From the NCBI GenBank assembly GCA_001643675.2, contig LSRY02000034.1, positions 992,001-1,056,000 on the forward strand: 64,000 bases of DNA, read 5' to 3'. The stretch is from Monocercomonoides exilis PA203 (lineage: Eukaryota; Protista; Preaxostyla). Position numbers and translations under genes: made by a program. Shown here in pieces: positions 51,301 to 64,000 of the stretch. Position 1 is the stretch's first letter; each line of letters begins with the position of its first letter. The notes under the pieces are model-generated. The model was given only the letters and a program-made list of their open reading frames with translations. It was not told where the DNA came from and made no database searches.

Positions 51301-54300
51301 CGCAGAAGGAGAGGGCGATGCGGGGCTATGCAGGACACACGACGCTGATTGCGACGAAGGAAGGGGTGGAGTCGGTGATGAGGTTTTATAAGGAGACAGG
51401 GTGGGGCAGGATTGTGACGAGTGCTGATGAAGAGAGCGTGCAGAAGAAGTTTATTGATAAGAGATATAAAAATAGGAAGGGGAATGAAGAGAAAGAGAAA
51501 GAAAATGATAAAAAGATAAATGCAGTTGAAGACAAAACAACAAGCAAAGAAGCCAATGAAGACGCATCGTCTTCAAAGAATGCCTCTCGTCTCCCTCATC
51601 TTCCCCACGCCATCAACACCCCCACAAAGGCCATCCATCTGATTGTGCGAGCACGTGTCTCTCTCTCTTCTCTCATCACATCCTCCAGCGATTCTGTCAT
51701 TGGCACCTCAAAATACACAGGAGGAGAGCTCAGAGTGGGAGACAGAGTGGTAAATGTGTCATCTTCAGGTGCGGTGCCGTTCGGGCTGACTGGAACTGTC
51801 GTGTCTTCCACGACATTCACAGCGTCTGGCAGCGATGTGGAACAGCAGTTTGCTGCTTCTGGTGCTGATGAAGAGGAAGAGGAAGAGGAAGAGAGAGGAA
51901 AGGGAAAGAAGGAGAAAGAAGGGAGTGTTGGATGGCTGCAGCAGGAGGCAGCGATGAGTGGACGCACTTTTGGCTCTAAGCAGAATGAGTCTTATTCAAA
52001 TGCTCTGATCTCTTCGACTGTTCCACCAACAAATCTGAATACAAATACGAACTCTTCAAAACCACTGCCAAATCTGTTTGCTTCTGCGCTGTCAAAATAT
52101 CGCTCTTCTTCTTCTTCTTCTTCGAATTCATATTCTTCTCGTTTCCCATCATCATCCACATCATCATCATCTTCTTCTTCCTCTTCCTCTTCTTCATCTG
52201 TGTATTCCCCATCTCCACTCCGCACCTCCTCTGTCCTCTCCTCCACCCACCCGTTTCTCCTCTACCCATCCAAAAATGCTCCTTCCCCTTTAACACAGCC
52301 AGCAGGCGTGGGTGTTGACAAGTTCAGCGGCGACTCACATCTTTCACGTGCGCTGAATCCGAACCAGACAGTCGATGTTGTTTGGGATGCTCCGTTTATG
52401 AATGGCTCTGATCTGCACGGGAAGGCGCCTCTGATGCAGGGATCAGTGGCGTGTGTGAGCAGTCTGTACAGATATGCGACGTTTGTGCAGCAGAAGGAAG
52501 GGGCAAAGGGGAGAAAAGATGATGCGAATGAAGTGAATGGAAGAAGAGGAAGAGGAGGAGAAGCAGAAGGAGAAGAGGAATATCTTTATGCCCCACTTTC
52601 TGCGGAGTCTCTGTCACTTGAGGATGTTCTGAGGGAGTACAGCACATTCCAGTTGAGAGCGAAGAAGGCGTATGAAAACATTGCAGGCAGAGAAAAGATG
52701 AGATATCGAATGCTTTTGGAGAATGGGATAGATTCTGTGTCTTCAATTGTGCAGCAGGCATTCAATGAACAGTTGGTTAAACCTTCTTCTTCTTCTTCTT
52801 CTTCTTCTTCATTGACATCCTCAAAACAACGTTCTTCTTCTCGTCTTTCAGCTGATCAGTTCATTCGATCTGCGTTTTCGTTGTATCGGCTGACGTTGTG
52901 GCCGATCTTCCCCATCCCTCCCACGCAATACAAGACTGTTGGGTTCTACTCGAAACTTGCTGGAAAAAGAAGGAAAGAACTGAAGAAGACGAAGAAGGAG
53001 CTGAATGAGGGAGAAAACACAGCTGAGAAGAAAAGGCAGCTGAAGATGAAGATTCAGCAGCAGACGAAAGAAGACGCGAAGATTGTCATTCCGTTTGTGG
53101 AAGATGCTCGTCTGCCAAAAGTGCTGATGGAGTATGCAATTCGTCCACTCACCCAGAGGGAGAGGCAGAAGCCAGTGTATTTGATGCAGTCACGGTATGG
53201 AGGGTATGGAGGGTATGGAGGAAGTGTAAATGGAGGAGGAGGAGGAGGAGGAGGAATGTACAGGAGTGGAGGCTATCAGAGCAACAGTGCTGGATTCAGT
53301 TCATATTCATCGCAGCAGAGCCAGTCAAGATTCGCTTCGTCTTATTCATCGAGTGATTCTTCTGCATTGTTGTCTTCTCCTTCTTCTTCATATTCATCAT
53401 CATCATCATCTTCTTCTTCTTCTGGAAAATCAAAAGCGTCAGTTGCAATTCCACCTCCTGCCTCGCTTTTGGGAAGCAGCCAACAAAGTTCAACTTCTTC
53501 TTCTTCTTCTTCTTCTCAATTCAACTATACTCCTTCTTCATCTTCCTCTTCTTCTCCTTCCTTCAAAATAATCTCAAAACCTTCTGTTGCAATTCCGCCG
53601 CCTTCTTCTTTGCTTCCATCAAAGCCATCTTCTGCTCCTCTTCTTTCGAATCCTCAAATTTCCAAATCGAAACAAGAAGAAGCATCACAAGTTGGTTTGT
53701 TGCCAACACCAACATCTTTGCAATCATCATCATCATCATCATCTTCTTCTTCTTCTTCGTCGTCTTCTTCTCTGCTACCCACTCCATCAAGCGACTCAAA
53801 GGGAAGCACAACAGGGCGAGTGCTGACGTTTTATGAGAAGCAGCAGCTGAGAAAGAAGGAGGAAGAAGAGAGAAGAGCGAAGGAGAATGAAGGAGCAGAC
53901 AGCTCTGCGCAGACAGCTATCAACAAGAATGTGCTTCTGCCAACGCCGAAAGCAGCAAAAGAAGCAAAAGAAGCAAAAGAAGAGGAGAAAGAAAGCGAAG
54001 GAGCGAAAGAGAAGACGAAAGTGCTGTCATTTTACGAAAGGCAGAAGCTGCTGAAGGCTCAAAAGGACAGCCAAAGCAGCCAGACACAAAAACAAGAGAA
54101 TGCAAATATGACACAATCTTCATCTTCTTCAGAGGACAAAACGGTTCAGTCAGAAAATGCAGAAAAGCCACCAAAAGTGCTGTCGTTCTATGAAAGACAG
54201 CAGCTGCTGAAGAAACTGAAAGAAGAAGTGCTCAAAACAGACAAGCCATCAGCTGCTGAAGAGAAGAAGAAAGAAGAAGAAGGAGAAGAAGGAAAAGAGA

Positions 54301-57134
54301 AAGAAGCAAAAGAAGCAGACAAAGAAGGAATCTTGCCAGACGCGTCAGCAAAGCCGCTTGCCAAGCCGTTATCGTTCTATGAAAGACAGCAGCTGAGGAA
54401 GAAAGAGCAGGAAGAGAAGAAGAAGAAGATGCAGCAAGAAAAACAGACATCCAATGAAAGCAATGAAACACCGGTTTTGTCACCTCCTCTGTCACCACCT
54501 GTGCTTTCAAAGGAGCCAGCTGCATTGTCACTTTCCTCTTCTTCTTCCTCTTCTTCCTCTTCTTCTTCCTCTCAAACCGAAGTTCCAATTCTTCCAAAGC
54601 CGAAAGTGAGAAAGCCAACGTTTGCGTCGCAGTTGCTGGCGAAGCAGATGCGGCCGAAGAAAGAGGCGTTGATGAACCAGTCGTATCTGCTGCCGATTCC
54701 GCTGACACACACGACGCCGCTACAGAGCGAGGTGGATGAGTGGAACAGGAAGGAAGCAGAGAAGCGGGTGAAGATGTTGGAGGAGGTGAAGAAGAAGATG
54801 CTGAGCGGGGAGCTGGAGGCTGGGTTTGTGCTGGATGACGAAGATGACGAAGAAGATTACGATAATGAAGGCAATGATGCTATTGCTATCAATGGGATTG
54901 GTTTGAAGGAGAAAGATCGGATGGATTCAGAAGCAGGGAAGTTTTCGTATCAGCCGAATGTGTTTGGAGGAAAAAGCAAAACACTCAGCTTATCGAATGG
55001 AGCAGGCAAAGTAGTGGAAGACGGCAGAAGAGGAGGCAAGCAGAACAGAGGGATCACGCTGAGCATTGAGGAGGAAGAAGGGTTTGGTGGGGCAGAAGAC
55101 GAAGAGATGGCAGCGCTGCTGTCAGACACGCTGGGTCTGTCCTCGTCCAGCCAAGTTATGCCCCATCTGGTGGCCAACACTGAACTCCGCGACCGCTCAT
55201 TCGCTGCGCCGCACCTGACAGCGAGCGGACCGTCAGCCACAAAGCGATCGAAGAGGCAGAGAGAAGCAGAGCGGCAACTGAAGCAGGTGGATCGGGAGAG
55301 GATGAGCATGACAGCACAGTCTATGGTAGCAGTAGATGCGGATGCGGGAGAAGAGGAAAAGAAGAAGGAGAAGGAGAAGGCACAGCGGATGATTGAAGAG
55401 CTGTTTGCGAGTGCTGGTCTGAAGGCTGGGCTGAATCGAGAGGAGAAGCGCGTGAAGCAGCAGAAGATGGCAGAGCTGTCGAAGAAAGCATCAGAAATGG
55501 AAGCATCTGCCACAACTTCCTCAACAGCGCAGGTGATGTCGCTGATGATGGGCTCTCTTCCTCCACCACCTGCCGTTGATGCAAAGGGAAGTCAGCAAAA
55601 GAACAAGAAGAGAAACAGGGATGTGAATAATAAAGCGTCTGTAGCTGCGACTATTCCAACTCCTACTGCAAGAGTTTCTGCTCCATTGCTGCCTCCTCCA
55701 TCATTAACATCATCAACTTCATCATCTTCTTCTTATTCAACAAATGTGGATTCTTCAAACAGATTCTCTTATAATCCGATGCCTCGTTTGCCTGACAGCA
55801 CCAAAAAATCGATTGATAAAACAGAAACAGAGCAAAAAGAGAGGGAGAAAGTATTGAAATTATTGCTTTCAGCACCTCTTCCTCCGCCTCCCGTTGCAGT
55901 TCCCCTTCTGAAAACGCCACCACCTCCTCCATTGCTGACTGCTCGCTCATCATCATCATCTTCTTCTTCTGATCCTTCTTCCTCTTCCTCCACCTCACCT
56001 CAATCTCCTCCATCGAAGCTAAAGATTGACTCGCCTGTGTTTGTGCCTCGCGCCCTCCCATCAGCCGCAATGCCTCCATTGTTTGGCAGCACAGAAGCAG
56101 CAATGGCACAACCGAAGAAGGCAAAGACAAAGGCGAAGAAGACGGCAGAAGAGCTGCAGATGGAGAAAGCAGATAGAGTGATCAAAGCATCGCTTTCGAA
56201 TGATTTTGATATTCTCCGCTACACAACAGCATCTTCTGTGAAGCCGAATCTTCCTTCTTCTTCATCTTCAGGTGCAATGCCATCCAACCCAATTGGGCTG
56301 GGATATGAGCAAGACGAGCTCGACATACACGACATAGGCGAGCGGAACAAGCTGTTCTATCCACACATCGATCCCACGGTGCTGGCTGAGCAGAGGTTGA
56401 AGCAGGAAAGGAAGGAAAAGAAGGAAGAGAGAACTGGGGCAAGAATGGAAGTACAGCAAGGGATGGAAGAAGCACAGCTTTTTGTGCACATTCCAGTTGG
56501 TGACAGAGATGTGGAGATGGAAAAGGAAAAACAAGAGGAAAAGAGGAAGATGAGAGAGAAGCAGTATTTGCAGCAGCAGCAGCAACAACAACAGCAGCAG
56601 CAGCAGAGAGCGAATGATATTGGAGCGAAGCAAGGAGCATTCAGAAGCGAAGGACAAGCCCAAAACGATATGAGACGACCGACTTTGTTGCAGAAAGCTT
56701 CGATGCCTCAGCCTTTACTTTCTCTGAACCACACAAGCACAGCCAATTCAGCTGCAAAAGACAGCTTAGCTCAACCATCGCAAAGGAAAGCAGCCAGCAC
56801 GCTGCCTTCTGCCCCACAAAATGCATCTGTGTCGTCTGTGCCATCGCAGGCACGCTCTCCTTTCTCCTTCGAAATGGACGATGAATTGGATGATCCGTTT
56901 CTGTCGATGCTTCACTCGTCTTCTTCAGCTGGCACAGCTGGCTCATCTGTCTCGCAGCTGCATCATGCGTCGCTGTATAACACGCGCATTCCGCTACCTT
57001 CCTCATTTATTCAGGATCCGCACAAAAGGTGGCAGGCAGAACAGGCCAGAACAACCCAGCCTGGCGGCACTCACAGCTTGGCAAATCAGAAGTTCGCATA
57101 CAATCCATTTTTCAATACAGAGGGGAAGAAATAA
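42327..57134 (+). CDS. XRN1: 5'-3' exoribonuclease 1, giant (~4879 aa); exons 42327-42349, 42404-42468, 42583-57134
   Basis: MGIPKLFRWISERYP, DNLYLDSNGIIH, AVDGVAPRAKLNQQRSRRF, FDSNCITPGTEFM, PGEGEHKIM, YGQDADL, GNDFIP, SWGWFYPYLYAP, PFEQLLAVLP. XRN1-specific downstream segments include LRVGDRVVNV…VPFGLTGTVV and VDVVWDAPFMNG. Confidence 0.95.
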
Positions 57135-57769
57135 TTATTGAAAAGGAACTTTTTTTTGACATTCATTTCAATTTTTATCGTTTTATTTTCCATGAAAAAG
57201 TGGATGGAAATGAGTAAATGAGAAGGACAAATTATTTTCATCTGAATGAATTTTGAGTTTGTTTTTTTTTTTATTAGAAAAATGAACAGACTGATGAAAA
57301 GTGTCAGATGCCATGGAATTCTGTCTGTGGAAAAGCTTGTTTAAAAAGAAATTATTTTATTAAAAAAAAAAATGCAAACACCACTTTCACAGATTATTTG
57401 AGAAATAGAAATGAAAACGAAAAAAACTCAACAAAAAGAGAATGCTTGCTTTTGAATAATTCTTGCATCACAATTCATTGAAACAATAAAAAAAACCGAA
57501 AACAACAAATGAAATGTTGATTTATATTTCAAAAAGCTTTCAAAATCAAAATGAAGTAAATAAATCTCCAATAAATAACAGAATTGTTAGAGATGATCGC
57601 AAAACATCTGCCAAAGAATAAAATAATAAGCTTTATAGAGGAATGACAAAAGAAGTCTTTGAAACTTTCACAATTTACGATCAAAAGTCTGAATAAAAAA
57701 AAAGAGAGAGAAATAAAATAAAATAAAATAAATAAAAAAATGAAGAAAATGATATAAACACATGATTCA

Positions 57770-59202
57770 TCACCAAAGATAATAATCTTCAATGTTTTGA
57801 ATCAATAAATGGTCACCAAATATCCCAACAGTTTTGAAACAGCGCATCTTGACAATGCAATCTTCATAGCCTTCCTCTTCCATCTTTTCAAACACTTTTT
57901 TTTCCGTCTCTTTTCGTTTTGCCTTTTCATTTTCTCTTTCACTTTCTCCTCCTTCACTCTCCATCTTCTCATTCAATCTTTCACAAAGATGCTTGAAAAA
58001 GAACACACAACTTTCAATTGCATAAGTTTTTTCATTTGAACTGTTCATTTTAGACAAAACAATTTCAGCAACTTCCTTTTTCAGCAAATCACAAATATTC
58101 ACAGCTCTGTTAAATGTAGTATATTTCAAGGAATAAACGCACAAATCACCAATTTCTCTGTCATTATCATTTCCTGCTCGAAATATCTGAACAACGCTCC
58201 CGGCAAGCTCAACATGTTCTTCACTCCTCAATTTACATGAGTAAAAATATTGGTTCAATACAATCATCCATCTTTTTATTATCATCGTTTCTTCCTTTTC
58301 TTTTCCTCTTTTGTCTTCTTCTGTTTTCTTCCAATCCACATTTCTTACCAGCTCTTCCAGTTCTCTTCTTGCTTCTCCCACAAAATACAGTTCATTTGTT
58401 ATCACTTCTTCCAAACTTTTGTTGTTGGAAAGTCTTTTTATCAAAAACTGCCAAGCCGATTGATATGCAAGTCGCGTCAGATTGTGATGTTCCAGATGAT
58501 ATTTCATAACCTCTTTGATCTCATTTAAATATTGTTCTTGATTTATATCCTTGTTTTAAAAAATTAGAAAAAAAATCAATTGTTAAAAAAAAGGTAAAAG
58601 ATATGAATAAACTTGAATGTCATCGATGCAACTTAAAGCCAGCAAGGCCAATTCAGTTTCTTTTTTCTTTTCTTCACTTTCCTCTTTGTTCATTGCAGCT
58701 ATTAAAAAGCAATGCATACAGATCACCATCAGATTATTGCTGATTAAATCATATCCTGCCCCCCAAAATAAAAAGCATTCGCAAAGATTGATCAACAGTT
58801 TCTCATCCTTTCCCTCTTTTTTCTTTTCCTCTTCCAGAATTACTCTTCCAAATCTTTTCTTCAAAAAAGGGTTTGTAAAAAATTGGCGCTTTGTTGGTTT
58901 TTTCGCATTCTCATGTCCAACATGCTTCAGCAACATGAGGGATTTTTCAAAAGGATAATTGTTCAATTCAATCAATTTATAATTTTCATCAAATTCTTCT
59001 TTCGAGAAAAAATGCTTCAATTCTTCTTTATCCATATTCTTCAGCATTCCGTTCATCTCTTCCTTCATCAGACTTTTCTCTTCTTCTGCAAAATCTATTC
59101 CAGGAAACATTTCTTTTGCAAATAAATCAGAAATCAATTGCAATTTCCCCTCCTTTGATGGAATCAAATGAACACACCAAAACATTCCTCTGTGTCTTCC
59201 AT
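57770..59202 (-). CDS. Repeated hypothetical family copy 6, apparently intact but divergent
   Basis: ORFs 58583-59185 and 57770-58507 carry the family motifs (NLTRLAYQSAWQFL, KMEEEGYED). The start codon is tentative. Confidence 0.78.
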
Positions 59203-61076
59203 CTCCGGTATCTTTTCACAAAGACAGTGCAACCATCAGGAATCAATATTTTGCCATTTTCATTAAAGCAAAGGAATAAAAAACAGAGAAAATGGATGAA
59301 ACATAAAAATTGATAACGGAAGTGAAAAAATCATAGCTCATACCACTCTTTCCTGTATTGGAATTAAGACAAGAAAATATGGAGAAAAGAAAAGATTAAT
59401 CTAATAAGAAGAATACTTATGGTTGTCAAGTTCAAAAAAACATTTTTGAAAATTGAAATTATTCATCAATAAAATGTGCAATTAACAGACGTTGCCTATC
59501 GTCGAGTTTCAGAAATTGTATTCATCCCGAGTCGTATTGAACCGATAGACAAGAAATATTTTTTGCATTTGAAAGGGAAATCAAAAGTTATTGCAGAGTC
59601 TATGACCATGCAAGAAAAAAAGTTGAAAGACCATTAAAGGAGGCTCAAAGATTCGTTGTTTTTCTTTATAATGAAGGTGTTTCTGTCAACCACTTCCTTT
59701 TGCCATTATAACCTTTCAAATAACTGAAATGATCAATTCTTGCTTCACAGAGTCCAATTTTGTGGACTGGAGTTGAATATTGAAGAGAAACAAGTTAATA
59801 TGAGAATATGAACAAGCTTTATCCACTTCTCATAACTTATGTTTGAATGGAAGATGGAAGAATGGAAAATGAAGTATTTGTTGATGAAGTCCAGAGTTAT
59901 AGATTCCCATGAAAAAAGATAGATGCCTAATATTGAAGAGTATGTCATATTTTCATGAACTCAAAAACGATGGAAATTTTCTTCTTTTGTTCTTTCTTCC
60001 TGAAAATAGAGAATTCGAGAAAACATGCAAACTCAATTCCAAAGCTGCGGATGAAGTTCATCATTTTCTTCAAAACAATTAATGCTCCTTTTCAATATCA
60101 TTTGCATCTTTTCAATCTTCCTATTTTTTCATTTCTTTTTGTCCATATTCATCATGTTTTTACTTATTTCTTCCTCTTTTCTGTTTGTCAACTGTGTTTC
60201 AAACACTCTTTGTTTTCCTTCTCATATCTATTATCATCGCACACATTGAATGCTTTTGTGAAACTCACAGGTTGAATGTTCTGCGTTATTATCGTTTCCC
60301 TGGCAATTTCGATGGGCCACTGTGATCTATTCAGTGAAACAACAATAACCTGAGGAGGACTGGATAAAATCAGTGAATACTTTGAGAAATGAATTTTTGA
60401 AGGTGTCAGCAGAGCATCAAAAATAATCGAATGAAGAATGATAACAAATGGTTTGGTCAGCACTTGAAGGCTTAATGGCCTAAGCCTGTGCATCCAGGGG
60501 GAAAAAATTAAAAACATTCAGTCCTTTCTTCTTGTGAATATGATGTATCTTTGATTTTTTGTTTGTGGTTTATTTTTCATCATTTCTCAACTTCTAATAA
60601 AAAAAAACAATCTATTTATCATATGTCTATCGAAGGCATATCTCTTGTCTGTAATTGAGATTTTCTTCGCCGACTTTAACACGCACATATCTTCAATCCA
60701 AACCTCATTCTTATTTAATTATCAACATTAAGCTCATTGAAGTTGATGTTTGATGGAAATAAAGAAAGAATCTGAATGGATATATGTCATCTTGCAAGAA
60801 TGGGGAAGAGGATGATGAAAAATAATGCCAGAATACCAAATATTCTCAAATCCATAAGTCAGCTGTGAGAAAGAGGCGAAATAGTCAATTCATTTGGAGA
60901 CGGCTTTTGATGAAGAAAAGGAAACAACACAAATTCTGAATATTTCTTTTTTCATTGCCATGTTGCGTTTCAAAGAAATAAAAAGAAGTGCTGCTTTTAT
61001 CCAAAACCATAAAAGATTACAAAATTACAATAAAAGAATCAATTTTTGAAATTCAAAACTCGTGGTTTTTTTTCCC

Positions 61077-62554
61077 TTAAACATTGACATAATAATCAGA
61101 AACATACAATGATAACATATTATAAGAATATTTTCCATTCAGTAGATTAAACGTTACACGAAGACTTATTACACAATCTTCATATCCCTCTTCTTCCATT
61201 TTTTCGAGCATCTCAATTTTCGTTGTCTTTCGTTTTGCTTCCTCAATATCTCTATCCATCTTTTCTTTCAATCTTTTCGAAATATCTGAAAAGAACATTA
61301 GACTTTTCCACAATTTTTCATCCTCCAATGTTGGTTGCTGAAGATTCTCCAAAAAGAAATCGAAAACACCTCCTTTCAGCAAATAACCAACGCATTCAGT
61401 TGCACAAAGCGCCATTCCATAAAAAAAGGAAAAGCATCTTTCATATAATTTTTGCTCATTCTCTCTTGCAACTCTGAACAACGTGACAAGATAACGAATC
61501 AGCCCAATTTGTTCTTCATTCCACAAACCGTACATAAAAAAGATATCTGAAAACACATTGAACCACCGTTTAATTATACGGTCATCTTTCATTTCTGTTC
61601 TTCTCTTTTGAGTCTTTTCTTCTTTCCCAATCCATTCAACACATCCCGTCAGCCCATCCAATTCTCTTTTAACCTCTCTTGCAAAATACAATTCGTTCAC
61701 AATAACTTTTTCCAAAGATCGATTGTTGTGCAATCTTGCAACCAAAAATTGCCAAGCGGACTGATATGCAAGGGGAGAAAGATTTCGATTTTCCTGGTGA
61801 AATATGATTATTACTTTGATCTCATTCAAATACAATTTTTCTGGCATTCTTTTTGTTTGAAAAAATGAGAAGGAAATAATTTACGTTCAAAATGAAATTG
61901 AAATCCTCAAACTTCACTTCCCCCAATTTGACTCAATGCGAGCAAAGCCATTTCCACTTCATTTTGTGTTTCCTTGCTTTCTTCTTTGTTTAATGCAACT
62001 TTCAGAAGACAGGACACGCATATTGAAAGCAGTACCGATGAGACCCGGTTGCTAAGCAAAATATAGCATTCGCAGAGATCAACAAGAAGTATTTCATTTT
62101 TTTCATCTTTCTTCTCATTTTTTTCTATTATCAATTCTTCAAATTTTTTGTTCAATTTAGAGAGACAAAATCCAGTACCACATGTTTCTTTCAACACTTC
62201 CAATATCCGACTTGCTTCAACAGCACGAGTGCGTCATTCATCAAAAGTTTCTTTTTTTCAATCATTTCAAAGATTTCATTGAACAGCTCAAACTTGAAAA
62301 TCGAAAAGAATTCTTTTTCTTTCATCTCTTCCATCACTCCATTCATTTCAATGATTTTCTGTTTTTGCTCATCTTCATTGCAATCTTTCAGTTCACAAAA
62401 TAATTCTTAAAGACTTTTTTTAAAAAAATCATAAAAATACACAAACTATCACAACAGTAAATTCAAAAGGGAAGGTGAGCAAACTCGAAAACTTGTGCGC
62501 AATAGACTGTTTTTGTATTCCATCTTCGATCTTATTATCAGAGCCTGCTTTCAT
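61077..62554 (-). pseudogene. Repeated hypothetical family copy 7 (1-nt frameshift near 62200); possible upstream start at 62716
   Basis: Exon 1 MKAGSDNKIEDGIQKQSIAHKFS. GGATATTGG-AA-GTGTTG lacks one base relative to the GYCKxLK pattern. The last exon is intact. Confidence 0.8.
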
Positions 62555-62964
62555 TCCAATTGTAAAAATAGAATGTTCAGTTTGCAATGAAAAGTGCTTC
62601 AAAAAAAAAAATGAAAACAAAATATAATCAAACGATGTGACTGCACTGGAAAGCAAAGAGTTATCAGCGCTAACCTCATTTGCTTTTTGGGATGAACTGG
62701 AAAAAAATTGGCCCATCGATCAATTTGCCTTTATTTTTGTTATGTTTAACTTTTTTTTTTTTAAAAAATCTTGATTCCAGAACATCGCAAAGTTTTGAAG
62801 AATAAAATTGCTGTTAATCAAATCAAATGACAGAAATAAATTTGGGCGATGAAAATGAGTGAGTAGTGTTTTTATTTTGACGAAGTTGAAAAATGAATTT
62901 TGAGACAGATTGACATGTCAGAAAAATATAATATTCTAATAAATGCTCAAAAGTTTATTTCTTG

Positions 62965-63014
62965 CACCACCACCACCACCACCACCGCCTCCGCCGCAAC
63001 CACCACCACAACCA

Positions 63015-63071
<57 letters not shown>
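62965..63071. repeat. (CCA)n followed by a ~55-nt poly(A) tract
   Basis: Directly visible. Confidence 0.9.
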
Positions 63072-63073
<2 letters not shown>

Positions 63074-64000
63074 GAAAAGACAAAAAATAAATAAATAACA
63101 AAAAATAAAATGAATATCGAAATTTATAACTCTGAAAACCTTTGGTGGAAAATCCGGAATGTGGTGAATAACCCGGATATCAGAAAGAAGCAATTGTCAG
63201 ATTTTTTCAACATAAAAGTCCACTGAATTCACAATTAATATGTCTAAATTTTTTTGAAAAGTTCCTTTTGTTTAATTTTCAAATAAAAAATACTCTCGAA
63301 ATAAGACTTTTCTGAATGAAAAAAGAGCATTTTTGTAAAGACATCTTACGTATGCATGCACGTATTTCGAAATAGAGAAAAAAAATGAGTTTAAAAAATT
63401 GAGTGTGTTTTGAACTCTCAAAGTTTTGGTTATTTTTTTCTCTTTGAAAAAACTTCATTGTCAATTTATCCATTTATTTCACACATATAAACTATCCTTA
63501 TTTAAAAAATCACTTAGAGAACAGAATAATAATAATAATAAATGAATATTATTTGGTTTCATCGATGTCCTTCAAGTTTCATAATGCACTTAACATACAG
63601 TGTAGCTTATTAACTTGTTAATCTTTACAAACAAATTTATTAAAATAAAAATTTTAACTGAAAAGAAGAAATGCTAAATTATGAAATGGAAGCTTACAAC
63701 TTCCGACTCAAAATATTTGCTTTAAAACAAGCAATATGATAATCACAAATAATAACAATCAAACTTGAGCTTACTGATAAATTGAAAACGTTGGAGGAAA
63801 AAAAATAGAAAAAGAAAAAAGAAAATAATTCTCAAAAACTAATATTTCCTGCAACGTTTCACAGGCCACAAGCTCGGAGAAAGCTGCAGCCAGTGTTGAA
63901 ATTAAGGTGAAGATAAAAAAATACTTGGAATAAAATTAAAGTCAAACAAACAAAAAAAGAAAAAATATATCTCAAAAAAGTTCTTGAAAATACAATACAC

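Noticed and set aside
59745-60517. Ubiquitin-specific protease relic (SSPPQVIVVSLNR)
   Set aside because: Single weak motif, no Cys or His boxes recognisable, fragmented frames.
1-64000. CRISPR arrays, rRNA genes, Fanzor/TnpB ORFs
   Set aside because: No repeat-spacer arrays, rRNA-like sequence or RuvC motifs were seen.

Overview
AT-rich eukaryotic DNA with short GT-AG introns and the standard genetic code. Composition, poly-Ser/poly-Glu inserts and the dispersed hypothetical family suggest an oxymonad such as Monocercomonoides (inference only). A housekeeping core encodes a Rab escort protein (REP/GDI family), an XMAP215/TOG-like protein, PRKRIP1, RNA polymerase III subunit RPC2 and a giant (~4880 aa) XRN1. 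There is also a six-exon F-box + TMEM185-like membrane protein gene that the ORF track splits. The accessory DNA holds about eight copies or relics of one uncharacterised two-intron helical-protein family, most of them disabled. It also holds a decayed pogo-type DD35D transposase and several TIR elements. The main novelty is two ~400-bp elements (9006-9404, 33587-33980). They have different GG-terminal TIRs and 8-bp TSDs but the same cargo: co-oriented TTAGGG-like boxes followed by a tRNA-like A-box/B-box Pol III unit ending in a T-run. A 3.2-kb TIR element carrying a decayed family gene has inserted into the right junction of the second one. The XRN1 tail carries four repeats resembling the eIF4E-binding motif.
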